A DNA stretch of 64,000 nucleotides from an uncultured Acidobacteriota bacterium (GTDB lineage Bacteria; Acidobacteriota; Thermoanaerobaculia; UBA5066), in contig CAVZYA010000001.1 in NCBI GenBank assembly GCA_963779415.1, forward strand, positions 2,120,207 to 2,184,206, given 5' to 3'. The notes beneath the pieces were generated by a model, which was not told where the DNA came from, ran no database searches, and worked only from the letters and a program-made list of their open reading frames with translations. Positions 29,131 to 39,184 of the stretch are shown here, piece after piece. Each line of letters starts with the position of its first letter. Within the stretch, counting starts at the first letter, position 1. The position numbers and the translations under genes were made by a program.

Positions 29131-29380
29131 GATCGGACTCCCCGTCCCGGGGTCAGCGGTCGCGCTGCAGCGGGGACGGGGAGCGGAAGCTTTCTTCTCG
29201 AAATGGGCCCGGGTCCTGGCGCGCGCGCCGGATAGTATTCCCGCGCCATGGTGCGCCTCGAACCGGGCTTCCCTGCCCGGGCGATGAGGCGCCGCGCGAG
29301 GTCCTGACGACGCCACTCGCCTTTTCGCCCCCACCGCACTACTCATTTCGGCCCTGAACCCTCAGGTGGATAGGTGCTCG

Positions 29381-30616
29381 TCAGTTCGAGACGGTTGTCA
29401 GCGGACCGTCGGCTAACCAGTTGAACGTCTGCGAAACGCCGGCGCAGACCCCCTCCGTGCGCGTGTACGTGAGCGTGCCGGAGAGGTTGCCGAACCAGTC
29501 GGCAACCACGGTCCCGGTCCAATGGGCGGCAGTGCCGTCCGTGCCGATGAGGGAAAAGCTGCCGTCGGCATTCTGCGAGAAGTCGGAGTTGGATCCCGCG
29601 TACCCGGGTTCGATCGCCTGCATGTAGAACTGATTTGCGCTCTTCGAGCACTTGCTGAGGTTGATGCTGGTCGCGAAGTGCGTCGGAGCGGACGCGTAGA
29701 CCTCGAGTCTTCCGCCGTACATGCCGTGGAGGTCGTTGGCGAAGATCGTGCCGTAGGCCCCGTTGCTCGGAAAGCCCGCCACCTTGTTGGCCGCCACGTA
29801 GTTCTGCGAGGAGATCGCGTTGTCGATGACCGTCGCGCCGAGGAGGACGGGACCGCCGCTCGTGACCGAGACCTTGAGCCAGAGGTCCGTGTCAGCTCCG
29901 GGGTAGCCGAACGAGTTCGCGATGTCGGTCTGCTGGGCAGAGCCATGGGGCGCGAGAGTGTACGTCCGTTGCCCGAGGACGCCTCCGTTGCCGCTCATCA
30001 GGGAGACGGCCAGGGCCGTCTGCGCGCCGCCGGTGTTGAGCATGATGAAATTCGACCGGAACCCCGAGGCGCGGGTGGGCGAGGCGGAAATGTAGCTGAC
30101 CGAGGCGACATCTCCCATGAAAATCCGCTGCTTTTCGGCCTGGGCCGGGATCGAGATGCCGTACGTGCCGGTGACGCCCGTGGAGCTGAGCCCGTTGGCG
30201 ACGTAGGTGCGGGACATGACACTCACCGCGAGGTCGGAGTCGACGCGGATTCCGCCCGCCTCGATGCCGAAGGGAGCCGGCGCCGCGCTGAAGTACGTTT
30301 CGACCACGTCCTCGATGGCGAAGGTCGTACCGGCGGCGACGACGACGATCACTTGCGGGGCATCCGTGTTGTCTCCGCTCGCCGTGAAGCTCGCGTCGAG
30401 GGGTGACTGGGCGAGGTAGGTGAGCGTGACGTTCGCCGCGACGTTCCAGGGGTTCGTGATCCTCAGCGAGCTGACGAACTGTTCTCCTTTTGCGCCGGTT
30501 GCCTTCGCCGTCGCCAGGACCCACTGCGTCTTTCGCGGGAAGTCCGCGCGTAAAGGCGCCGCCGCAATCACGACGACGCACGCTGCCAAGAGAGTCCTCC
30601 AGTTCTTACCGTTCAT
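29381..30616 (-). CDS. Hypothetical secreted protein
   Basis: RBS GGGGGAG; signal peptide; ATGAKGEQFVSSLRITNP...SRTY...GTYG...FRSNF pattern that I associate with acidobacterial secreted proteins. Confidence 0.75.
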   Translation of the reverse strand: MNGKNWRTLLAACVVVIAAAPLRADFPRKTQWVLATAKATGAKGEQFVSSLRITNPWNVAANVTLTYLAQSPLDASFTASGDNTDAPQVIVVVAAGTTFAIEDVVETYFSAAPAPFGIEAGGIRVDSDLAVSVMSRTYVANGLSSTGVTGTYGISIPAQAEKQRIFMGDVASVSYISASPTRASGFRSNFIMLNTGGAQTALAVSLMSGNGGVLGQRTYTLAPHGSAQQTDIANSFGYPGADTDLWLKVSVTSGGPVLLGATVIDNAISSQNYVAANKVAGFPSNGAYGTIFANDLHGMYGGRLEVYASAPTHFATSINLSKCSKSANQFYMQAIEPGYAGSNSDFSQNADGSFSLIGTDGTAAHWTGTVVADWFGNLSGTLTYTRTEGVCAGVSQTFNWLADGPLTTVSN

Positions 30617-30661
30617 GATTACTCCCCCCTTTCAGGCCGGCGTTTTCTGCTCGACCACTGA

Positions 30662-30724
30662 AGATCCCACTCGTTCTCAGCCCCGAACCGCTTCTCCTTC
30701 CTCGACTCTACTGGGGCTGAAGCC
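30662..30724. repeat. Partial copy of the dispersed 74-bp repeat family
   Basis: AGATCCCACTCGTTCTCAGCCCC matches AGATTCAACTCGTTCTCGGCCCC (near 60180) at 20/23; both are followed by GGGGCTGAAGCC. Confidence 0.5.
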
Positions 30725-31940
30725 CGGGCTCATCCCGGAAAATCGACGCCCCGTATCGGAGGACCTCCTGCATCTCTTGCGCCGTCACGTCGGCCTCGTA
30801 GATCTCGAGAAAGTTCACGCGCTGTCCAACTTCGTTCGGCTTCATTGCCAGGTCGATGGATTTTCGCAACGCGAGAGGAGGATCTCCGCTGGCGCCCATG
30901 TGCTCCGATCGGTTCACGGCGGAGGTCGACATCATGTACCCCGTCGCCACTCGCCCGATGTGATCCCTGACGGCGCGATAGCCGAACGACTCCCTGGTAC
31001 GTTCCGCATTGAGACCATCCTCTTCGAGGGCAAACTGGTTCGGATACCGCAGCCCCAGACGGATCACCTGCTCCCGCGTATACGTTCTTTGACGTTGGTC
31101 CGGAATCGGAAGACCGGGATAGAGCGCCAACGAAAAGTACTGACGGGGGAAGGTCGCGGCGTAGACGGCGAACGTCTGCCTCCACGCGTCGATGTACTTC
31201 TCACTCGTGTAGCCAGCGTGCTTCCACTCGGCGAGATCGGCGGGCCTGTTCGGCAAGGACATCTCGGCCGAGACGGACGTCGGACCGGCCGCGGCGACCT
31301 TTCGAAACGAGCTCCTGCCGGCGTACTTCTGTCCGACCGCCCGAAGGAAGGAGAACCAGCGCGACAGGTAGGTGCGATCCCAGGGGACGGGCAGGGGCAA
31401 CGGCTTTCCGGCCTTGCCGCCGGGTCCGTACGGGATGGGACACGTCACGGTTTGCACGCCCTCCAAGGCCCATTTCGGCGTGCCGAAGCCGGGTATGAGG
31501 ACGAGCTCCACCCATTTGCCGTTCTGTTCGGCGTTCGAGAAGACCGTGTCGAGCTTGCTGAAGTCGAACGTTCCGTCCGCCGGTTCGACAGAAGCCCACG
31601 ACGTTCGAAACGTAACGCCGGATGTGTTCGGATTGGCGTAGGCGTTCCGCGTCGAATCGCTCGTATCGAACAGGCGCCCCGTTCGCTCGGCGTCGATCGA
31701 ATTCACCGTCGTGATTCCGGAAATCTCGAAGTGGTCCGCGGCCGTTGTTCGATCCTTCTGGTGCTTCTCCCGCGCCACGTGAGGTCGTTGCGCCACCGTG
31801 ATGCCCGGAAGCAGGAGGAGAGCACCGGCGGCAAGCAGGCGCGCGAGAATGCGGAACCAACACGCAGGGAAACGACTTCGATGGAACACTCTCACCCTCC
31901 GCGTGCCGGTCTTCGGTGGAAGGCCTGCCATCCCTCTCAC
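30708..31940 (-). CDS. Clan GH-A (GH42/beta-galactosidase-like) TIM-barrel glycoside hydrolase-like protein
   Basis: SWASVEPADGTFDFSKLD, GKWVEL, TPKW, PVPWD; GTGA overlap with the upstream gene. Confidence 0.65.
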   Translation of the reverse strand: MRGMAGLPPKTGTRRVRVFHRSRFPACWFRILARLLAAGALLLLPGITVAQRPHVAREKHQKDRTTAADHFEISGITTVNSIDAERTGRLFDTSDSTRNAYANPNTSGVTFRTSWASVEPADGTFDFSKLDTVFSNAEQNGKWVELVLIPGFGTPKWALEGVQTVTCPIPYGPGGKAGKPLPLPVPWDRTYLSRWFSFLRAVGQKYAGRSSFRKVAAAGPTSVSAEMSLPNRPADLAEWKHAGYTSEKYIDAWRQTFAVYAATFPRQYFSLALYPGLPIPDQRQRTYTREQVIRLGLRYPNQFALEEDGLNAERTRESFGYRAVRDHIGRVATGYMMSTSAVNRSEHMGASGDPPLALRKSIDLAMKPNEVGQRVNFLEIYEADVTAQEMQEVLRYGASIFRDEPGLQPQ

Positions 31941-34147
31941 TCGATCGTCCGCCGCCAGAAGCCGCGACCACGCGTCGCGATATAGAGAGTCGGGTTTCCG
32001 GATACGTTGTCGAAGTTGATCACGATGTCGTCGACTTTCTCGTGATAGCGCAGGCCATTTGAGTAGTCCTTCCAGTGCACCTTTCCGTCCTTGCCTCGAT
32101 CGCCCCGGAACACGCCCTTGTTCGTGGCGAGAAAGAACTCCGATTTGTCCCCCGGATTCCCGATGAGCTTGACCAGGTTCGCATTGTCCGAAACGGTGGC
32201 GATATCGCCCGTCACTTCCGTCCAGCTGGATCCTCCATCGTGGCTCACGTACGCGAGGCGAACCTCCGCGCCGTCCACGTTGTAATGACCGTCCCCGCTC
32301 GTGTAGTAGAGAGTGGTCCGCCGACGTGTCGACCGATCCGCATTGATCCGGGCGTCCTTGTCGACGGGATTCGCGGGTCTCGGCGGGGAGATGTCCCCGA
32401 GCAGAAGCACTCCAAGCAGAGAGCGCGGTCCGAGGAAGGCGTAGACGCCCGTATCGCCTGCCACCGTCGCCACGATTTCAATCTGGTCGGGATCGATGGT
32501 CGCATCGACGTTGCTGATGACGCCGGGAACCAGAATGGGTAGGAGACTGACGGGCCTCCAAGGCGAGGCCGGCGTCAGGAAGTCGTTGTAGTAGACGCCG
32601 CTGAAGAGGCCGAAGGCCTGATCCGCCGTGAAGACGAGCGGGCTTGCGCGGCCGGGCGTCGGGTCAATCAGGACCGCGGCTGATTTCTCGGGGCTGAGAT
32701 CGAAATCGATGCCGGTATGACTCTTCCCTCCGTCGTAAGACAGGTTCCGGGTGCTGGACCCGTTGGAATTGAACCCCATGTCGAGAGGGTTGTCCGGCCG
32801 GACGCTGACGTGCCTGCCATCGCCTTCGACGACGAGAGTGATCGCCGGATCCGCCGATACGTCCCCCCGCACGACGCCGTTGTCCTGAAGGCCCGCAAAG
32901 AAGACATCGGGGTTCGAATAGGAAGACGAGAGACCGCCCTGCAGGCTCGAGTACGACTCGGTCTTCGCCCCGCCGAGCTGCAGATTGTTGAGACCCAGGA
33001 GGTTGCCGCTGTCGTCGACAGTGTCGTTCGTGATGTCGTAGGAATAGTAGCCGCCGTCGTTCCCGATGTGCAGGGTGGCGCCGTCATTCGAAAAGAGCAT
33101 GAAGTTGTAGTCGGCGTGACCGCCGTCGAAGACGTGCGCCTTTACGTCCCAGGCCGGATGCGCCGTGGCATTCGTGCTTTGGAGGGACTTCACCATGCCG
33201 AAGAAGATGTGCGCGGGATCGGCGGGATCGCATGCGATCGCGGAGACATGCGTCCCCTGGGAATCGGGATTGATCTGCGCGTCGTTCGAATAGATGCTGA
33301 CCCAGGTCATCCCGCGGTCCTGCGACCGATAGACCCCGTTGATCTTCTGGTCCGTCGTGAGCACGAGCGCGTACAGGTAATGGAAATCGGAGTTGCACGC
33401 GGCGAGCGAGACCCTGGCGATCGACCCCTCGATCCCCGTGCCGTAGGGCTCCCATCCGTTGGCGACGCCTTCGTACACGTAGATTCGCTGACCTACGACT
33501 CCGGCGTACCAGCGGCTGGCGTCGCGTACATCCTGCACGACGTCCGTCGCCTCCACGCCGGAGAGCCACGGGGACCACTTCTTCCCGAAGTTGGTGGAGC
33601 GCCAGATCCCGTCCGAGCTGGCGGCGACCAGTGTCCTGCCGGTGGAATCCGAGTAATCCGCCACGATTCGGGTCACATGCGCGGGCGCGGACGGCTCTTT
33701 GGCATGCTGCCAGGTCGCTCCGCCCGTCGTCGTGTAGTAGATACCGTCTCCATTGGACCCCCAACCGATGGAACCGCTCCCGACCACGAAGTTGTCCGCG
33801 TCCAGGATGGCGAACGAGCCCAGTGTTTTCGCGCCGAGATTGTCGCTGAGGGGGACCCAGCTCACCGGCTTGCCGGAGCCGTCGACGATCTCCTTCCACA
33901 GTCCGCCCTCGGAGGCGAGAGCCCACAGGACATGCCGGCTCTGGGTGTAGTCATACGCCCGGGAAACCTGGACGAGTCGTCCGGACTGGTGATGGTCCTC
34001 GTTGGCCCTCTGCTCCTTCGTCGCGTGGATTCCGTTGCCGATCTGTTTCCACTCGTTTGCGGCGGCGGTCGAGGGCCAAGGCACTCCGCCGAAGGCCAGG
34101 ATCCCGAGCGCCACGCTTCCGCCGAATCGAACGGTCTTGCGACTCAT
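31937..34147 (-). CDS. Secreted BNR/Asp-box beta-propeller protein (GH74/VPS10-like)
   Basis: Repeated S/T-x-D-G-G-x-T/S-W boxes (TTGGATW, STNFGKKW, SQDRGMTW, SHDGGSSW); GHAD, GNDGG, GLQDNG, ATRGRGFW. Confidence 0.8.
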   Translation of the reverse strand: MSRKTVRFGGSVALGILAFGGVPWPSTAAANEWKQIGNGIHATKEQRANEDHHQSGRLVQVSRAYDYTQSRHVLWALASEGGLWKEIVDGSGKPVSWVPLSDNLGAKTLGSFAILDADNFVVGSGSIGWGSNGDGIYYTTTGGATWQHAKEPSAPAHVTRIVADYSDSTGRTLVAASSDGIWRSTNFGKKWSPWLSGVEATDVVQDVRDASRWYAGVVGQRIYVYEGVANGWEPYGTGIEGSIARVSLAACNSDFHYLYALVLTTDQKINGVYRSQDRGMTWVSIYSNDAQINPDSQGTHVSAIACDPADPAHIFFGMVKSLQSTNATAHPAWDVKAHVFDGGHADYNFMLFSNDGATLHIGNDGGYYSYDITNDTVDDSGNLLGLNNLQLGGAKTESYSSLQGGLSSSYSNPDVFFAGLQDNGVVRGDVSADPAITLVVEGDGRHVSVRPDNPLDMGFNSNGSSTRNLSYDGGKSHTGIDFDLSPEKSAAVLIDPTPGRASPLVFTADQAFGLFSGVYYNDFLTPASPWRPVSLLPILVPGVISNVDATIDPDQIEIVATVAGDTGVYAFLGPRSLLGVLLLGDISPPRPANPVDKDARINADRSTRRRTTLYYTSGDGHYNVDGAEVRLAYVSHDGGSSWTEVTGDIATVSDNANLVKLIGNPGDKSEFFLATNKGVFRGDRGKDGKVHWKDYSNGLRYHEKVDDIVINFDNVSGNPTLYIATRGRGFWRRTIE

Positions 34148-34180
34148 ACTCTGTCTCCTCCCTTCGCCTCGGTTTCTAAA

Positions 34181-34207
34181 GGCGGAAACGGGAAAGAAAA
34201 GCTGTCA
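34181..34207 (-). promoter_or_regulatory. Candidate promoter recognised by the adjacent ECF sigma
   Basis: TGACAG-N17-CGCC upstream of the BNR gene, in the 90-bp gap to the divergent ECF gene; inference only. Confidence 0.3.
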
Positions 34208-34237
34208 GCCCGCGACCTGGAGGAGAATCGAACCGGC

Positions 34238-34815
34238 ATGGCGACAGCGCCCGCCCCCGCCGGGGAAGTGACCCGCCTCCTCCAGGCCTGGAAGCAGGGG
34301 GACCGGGAAGCCCTCGAGAGCCTGATCCCCCTCGTCTACAGCGACTTGCATCGGATGGCCGAGCGTCATCTCAGGGGCGAGCGCCCCGGCCATACGCTCC
34401 AGCCGACCGCGATCGTCAACGAGGCCTACCTGCGACTGGTCGGCAGCGAGGGGGGGACTGGCAGAACCGGGCTCACTTCTTCGCGGCGGCTGCCCGGTCG
34501 ATGAGGCGCATCCTCGTCGACCATGCCCGCTCCCGGGACGCGAAAAAGCGCGGCGGTCCCGGAAGCCGGTACGTGCTGGACACGACCGTCATGGTGGAGC
34601 CGCGGGCGGTCGACCTGATTGCCGTGGACGATGCGCTGGAGAAGCTGGCGGCGCTCGACCCGGCGCAGGGTCGGGTCGTCGAGCTCCGTTTCTTCGCGGG
34701 CCTGACCGAAGGTGAGACCGCGGAAGCGCTCGGGATCTCACCGGCCACCGTGCATCGCAAGTGGCTTTCGGCCAGGGCCTATCTCCATCGGGAGCTCGCC
34801 GGAAGTTCCCGATGA
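34238..34815 (+). CDS. ECF sigma factor (TIGR02999-like, kinase-associated), frameshifted in a G7 run
   Basis: EVTRLLQAWKQGD, HTLQPTAIVNEAYLRL; after the G run at 34450-34456 the frame continues WQNRAHFFAAAARSMRRILVDHAR...VVELRFFAGLT; one extra G restores the frame. Confidence 0.88.
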
Positions 34816-37601
34816 CCCCGGAGACCTGGCAGAGAGTCCAGGAAGTCCTTGCCGAGGCCACGGAGATCGAGGCGGCATCGAGAAGCGCGTTTCTCGACGA
34901 AGCCTGCCGGGGTGATCCGGAGCTGCGGAAGGAAGTCGAGTCGCTTCTCTCCTCGCTGGAGACAGCCTCCGCGGGTTTCCTGGAGTCGCCGGCGATCGAC
35001 GCCATTCCCGAGGTGTCGCCCGCCAAACCGGGACCCGCCTCCCCGTCTCTCGCCCGAGGGACGCGCCTCGGTCCCTACGAGATTCTCGCCCTTCTCGGCG
35101 CGGGCGGGATGGGAGAGGTCTACAGGGCAAAGGACACCCGGCTCAACCGTGAGGTGGCCGTCAAGGTTCTTCCGCGGTCGTTCGCGGGGAATCGTCCGGC
35201 CCTTGCCCGTTTCAAACGGGAGGCGCAGGCCATCGCCGCGCTGTCACATCCGAACATCCGGGCGATTCACGACTTCGGAGAAGAGGGAGACATTCTCTAC
35301 GCCGTCACCGAGCTCCTGCAGGGACAGACGCTGCAGGAACGGCTGGTGGAAGGGGCCCTCCCCCGGCGCAAGGCGGTGGAGTTCGCACAAGCCATCGCCC
35401 ACGGGCTTTCCGCCGCCCATGAGAAGGGGATCGTCCACCGCGATCTGAAGCCCGCCAACATCTTTCTGACCGACGACGGCGGCGTGAAGATCCTCGACTT
35501 CGGCCTGGCCAAGGTCGTCACGCGCGAGCCTGCGGCACCCGACGCTTCGACGGCCGTCGAGGCGTCCGAGCCCGGTCTGGTGATGGGAACGGTCGGATAC
35601 ATGTCGCCCGAGCAGGTGCGTGGGAAGGCGCTCGATCACCGCTCCGACATCTTCTCCTTCGGCGCCATCCTCTACGAGATGCTCTCGGGCCGGCGCGCGT
35701 TTCGCGGCGACTCCGCGGCGGAAACGATGTCGGCCATCCTCAAGGAGGACCCACCCGAGCTCTCCGCCACGGGCCAGAATGTCTCGCCGGCGCTCGAGCG
35801 CGTCGTCCACCACTGCCTCGAAAAGAACCCGGAGCAGCGGTTCCAGTCCGCGCGCGACCTCGCCTTCCACCTCGACGCGCTCTCGTCGATCTCGTCGGTT
35901 CCCCTTCCGATTCCCCCGGCGCCCGTGGCGCCGCGGCGGCGACGTCTCCTCCTTGCCGTCGCGGGCGTCCTCGCGGCGGCCACGGCGGCGGCCGCGGTCT
36001 GGCGGCTATCGACGCTGACAACAGAGCCGGCCCGGTACCGCCAGCTCACGTTCCGTCGGGGAACGATCCTGACCGCGCGCTTCGCGAAAGGCGGCGAGTC
36101 GATCGTCTACGGCGCCGCCTGGGATGGCGAGCCGTTCCGCGTCTTCTCCGTGCGCGCCGGGAGCCCCGAGTCGGCGGCGGTCGCGCTTCCTCCCGCCGAC
36201 GTCCTTTCGATTTCAGCGTCGGGAGAGCTCGCCCTCTCGCTGAATCGGCGCTTCTTCTTCGGGTGGATTTCCGACGGGACACTCGCCCGGGCCCCGTTCG
36301 AGGGCGGGGCTCCGCGGGAGCTGCTCGAGAACGTGCAGGACGCCGACTGGGCCCCGGACGGGAGCCTCGCCATCGTCAGGCGGGTCAAAGGGCGGACGCG
36401 GCTCGAGTGCCCGGAGGGACGCGTCCTTGCCGAAACGCCGAGCTGGATCAGCCACCCGCGTGTCTCACCCGACGGAAGCCGGATCGCGTTCCTCGATCAC
36501 CCGGTCTACGGCGACGACAGCGGCGCCGTGTCCGTCGTCCGCGCCGGGGAGGCGCCGCGCCGCCTGACGCCCGTCTACGCGTCCGCGCAGGGGATCGCCT
36601 GGACTCCGGACGCGCGCAAAGTCTGGTTCTCGGCCTCCGAGAAAGGAGCGAACACGTCGCTCCTGGCGGTCGACCTCGCGGGCCGGGTACGGACCGTCGC
36701 CCGCGCGCCCGGGCGCCTCCGGCTCCTCGACATCTCGCGCGCCGGGCGCATCCTCGTCGCGCGGGAAAGCTCGGTCACGAGCGTCTTCGTCGGCAGGTCC
36801 GGAGGGCGTGAGGAGCACGATCTCTCGTGGCTCGACCAGTCGACCGCGTGGGATCTCTCGGCCGACGGCTCGAAGCTTCTTCTGACCGAGGAAGGAGAGG
36901 GCGCAGGCGCCTCCTCGAGCGTCTACCTCCGCGGAACCGACGGCTCTCCCGCCGTCCGGCTTGGCGACGGCTTCGCCACCGCGCTCTCCGCCGACGGAAA
37001 ATGGGCGGTCGCCATCGTCTCCGGGTCGAGCCCCCAGCTCTGGCTCCTTCCGACCGGCCCCGGCGAGCCGAAGCTCGTCTCACGCGGTTCGATGGAGCAG
37101 TACCACTGGGCGCGCGTCCTCCCCGACGGCCGGCGCGTCGTGATCTCGGGGAACGAGAAGGGCGGAGGCGTCCGGCTCTTCGTCCAGGACATCACCGGTC
37201 AGGCGGCGCGGCCGATCACGCCGGAAGGGACGGCTTACCTCATGCCCCCGTCGCCGGACGGCAAGCTCGTCCCGACGCGCGAATCCGGGCATGTGATGCT
37301 GTATCCGATCGACGGCGGGGCGCCGCGGCCTCTTCCCGGCGTCGTATCGGGGGACGAGATCCTGCTCTGGAGCGCCGACGGCCGCTCGATTCTCGTCCGG
37401 CGCGGGAATACCCTGCCGGTCCGCGTCGATCGCGTCGATGTCGCCACGGGCAAGGCCGCGCTCTGGCGCGAGATCGCCCCGGCCGACCGGACAGGGATGA
37501 CCGAAGTCTCCTCGGTCCGGATCTCGAGGGACGGAGGCACGTACGCATACACCGTGCAGCGGCTTCTCTCCGAGCTCTACCTGGCCGAGGGGTTACGCTG
37601 A
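34812..37601 (+). CDS. Ser/Thr protein kinase with TM helix and TolB/PD40-like beta-propeller
   Basis: MTPETWQRVQEV...[44 protein letters not shown]; repeated SPDG; ATGA overlap with the sigma gene. Confidence 0.95.
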   Translation: MTPETWQRVQEVLAEATEIEAASRSAFLDEACRGDPELRKEVESLLSSLETASAGFLESPAIDAIPEVSPAKPGPASPSLARGTRLGPYEILALLGAGGMGEVYRAKDTRLNREVAVKVLPRSFAGNRPALARFKREAQAIAALSHPNIRAIHDFGEEGDILYAVTELLQGQTLQERLVEGALPRRKAVEFAQAIAHGLSAAHEKGIVHRDLKPANIFLTDDGGVKILDFGLAKVVTREPAAPDASTAVEASEPGLVMGTVGYMSPEQVRGKALDHRSDIFSFGAILYEMLSGRRAFRGDSAAETMSAILKEDPPELSATGQNVSPALERVVHHCLEKNPEQRFQSARDLAFHLDALSSISSVPLPIPPAPVAPRRRRLLLAVAGVLAAATAAAAVWRLSTLTTEPARYRQLTFRRGTILTARFAKGGESIVYGAAWDGEPFRVFSVRAGSPESAAVALPPADVLSISASGELALSLNRRFFFGWISDGTLARAPFEGGAPRELLENVQDADWAPDGSLAIVRRVKGRTRLECPEGRVLAETPSWISHPRVSPDGSRIAFLDHPVYGDDSGAVSVVRAGEAPRRLTPVYASAQGIAWTPDARKVWFSASEKGANTSLLAVDLAGRVRTVARAPGRLRLLDISRAGRILVARESSVTSVFVGRSGGREEHDLSWLDQSTAWDLSADGSKLLLTEEGEGAGASSSVYLRGTDGSPAVRLGDGFATALSADGKWAVAIVSGSSPQLWLLPTGPGEPKLVSRGSMEQYHWARVLPDGRRVVISGNEKGGGVRLFVQDITGQAARPITPEGTAYLMPPSPDGKLVPTRESGHVMLYPIDGGAPRPLPGVVSGDEILLWSADGRSILVRRGNTLPVRVDRVDVATGKAALWREIAPADRTGMTEVSSVRISRDGGTYAYTVQRLLSELYLAEGLR

Positions 37602-37620
37602 TGAAGAGCGGCCGCCCGCC

Positions 37621-38412
37621 TCAGGCCGGGGGTGCGAAGCGGGCGTCGCTCAAGGGCGGGTTCACCTCGACCTTGTCCACCATGACCCGGAGCACCTGTG
37701 GCCGGCCGGCGGCCCGGACCTCGACGAGGTGGGGGAAGAGGATCCCTCCCGTCCTTCTGTAGTCGCCGAAGGTCGTCTCGATCCGGACCTGCTTCCCGCG
37801 CACATGCCGCGTGGCTTCGGTCCGGACCAGGCTGGCGGATTTCACGTCGACGTAAGCGGTGAGCACCCCGCCGCTCTTGAGGGTGAGCTTCAGCTTGTAG
37901 GCGTCGTGGCCGTCGACGGCTTCGCGGCCGACGAGTTCGATCAGACTCCCCTTGCCCTTCCAGTCGACGAGGGGCCCGTCGATGTCGGCCTGCTCTCTCG
38001 AATCGATCAGGGCCTCGTCCGGCAGGGGCTGTGGGCCCGTCTTTCCTTCGAGCGGAGCCACCTTCCAGCCATGCTGACCGTCGGAGGCGAAGACGCTGGT
38101 GACGCCCTGGACGGTGAGCTCGAATCGAATCTTCCCGGGACGCTTGATCTCGCGCGTCACGAGCCCGTCGCGGCCCGCCCCGGCGCTCACGCGCCCTTCC
38201 TGGCGCAATGTCCGGAGGGCCCTCAGCTTCTGGATCCCTCCCCGGGCGGCCACGTACCGCCCGACGACCTCCTCGACCGTCGGGGACGGTGCGGGTTTCG
38301 CGGTGGGCGCGCTCGGCGTGGGAGGGGCGGCGAGGACGCCGGGAGCGGCCAGCAGGGCCGCGACGAGGACCGCCGCCAGATGCCCGTGGGAGGAGCCTCC
38401 GCGCGGGCTCAT
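37621..38412 (-). CDS. LolA-like / outer-membrane lipoprotein-sorting-like periplasmic protein
   Basis: Signal peptide; YVAARGG, SDGQHGW, FGDYR..GGILFPH, VEVNPPL. Confidence 0.65.
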   Translation of the reverse strand: MSPRGGSSHGHLAAVLVAALLAAPGVLAAPPTPSAPTAKPAPSPTVEEVVGRYVAARGGIQKLRALRTLRQEGRVSAGAGRDGLVTREIKRPGKIRFELTVQGVTSVFASDGQHGWKVAPLEGKTGPQPLPDEALIDSREQADIDGPLVDWKGKGSLIELVGREAVDGHDAYKLKLTLKSGGVLTAYVDVKSASLVRTEATRHVRGKQVRIETTFGDYRRTGGILFPHLVEVRAAGRPQVLRVMVDKVEVNPPLSDARFAPPA

Positions 38413-39095
38413 CTCGCAACTCCGGCAGGATTCGGCCAGTACGTCACGCCATAGCCAAACCCGCCCCAGTAAACAGGGTTGTTTCTCATCCGGTCCGCTT
38501 CTTCCCGGGCACGTTTCTCGTCCTCTTGCTTCTGCAGCCGATCCATGCTGGCCGCAAACTGCGCGTCCGAGGCACGCCTGTCGGCCTCGTCACGCGCCTG
38601 CTCCCTCGCGGCATCGGACTGCGCCAGCTGCACCTCGGCGGGCGTCATCCACTCGCCGTCATACCTGACGAAACCGCGGGCACGGTAGCTCTCCTCCTCG
38701 GTGAGCCAGCGGCCGTCGACCTGCACGAACCCCAGCGCCTCCCGGGCCTCCTTGTCGTCGGGCGCGACCGCGAGGACCTTCTTGTAGGCCGCGCGCGACT
38801 GGGCCGAAAGTCCCCTCATCGAAGCCCACTGGGCCAGGCTGCGCCAGCCGCTCGCGTCCTGCGGCCCCAGCTTGCTCGCTCGTGCCTCGAACTCGTCGAG
38901 GGGCGAGGGGCCCCTCACGATCTCCTCGACCTCCTCCATCGGGAGGCCGATGGTTCCATCTCCGAAGTCAATCACCACCTTTTCCGCGGTCTGCTCGAGG
39001 ATCCGGCCGGAGAACCTGCCTCCGCCCTTGAGATACACGACATCCGCGACGAGAAGTCCGGGCACGAGGAGCAGCAGCAGCAGGAGCTTTCTCAC
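38409..39095 (-). CDS. Hypothetical exported protein with TPR-like helices
   Basis: Signal peptide; DVVYLKGG..SGRI; twin GFV..DG.W.T motifs; ATGA overlap with the next gene. Confidence 0.7.
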   Translation of the reverse strand: MRKLLLLLLLVPGLLVADVVYLKGGGRFSGRILEQTAEKVVIDFGDGTIGLPMEEVEEIVRGPSPLDEFEARASKLGPQDASGWRSLAQWASMRGLSAQSRAAYKKVLAVAPDDKEAREALGFVQVDGRWLTEEESYRARGFVRYDGEWMTPAEVQLAQSDAAREQARDEADRRASDAQFAASMDRLQKQEDEKRAREEADRMRNNPVYWGGFGYGVTYWPNPAGVAR

Positions 39096-39118
39096 GGCAG
39101 TCTCTTTCGACCAGGCGC

Positions 39119-39148
39119 AGTCTGGGATCGGCCAGCGGGATCTGTCAA
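39119..39148 (-). promoter_or_regulatory. sigma70 promoter candidate
   Basis: TTGACA-N18-CAGACT upstream of GTG 39095. Confidence 0.3.
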
Positions 39149-39184
39149 CCGCGGGAACACGGTCGAGGCAAGCATGCCGGGCCT

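Noticed and set aside
29248-29310. MVRLEPG... as a third kinase stub
   Set aside because: Similarity too short to support
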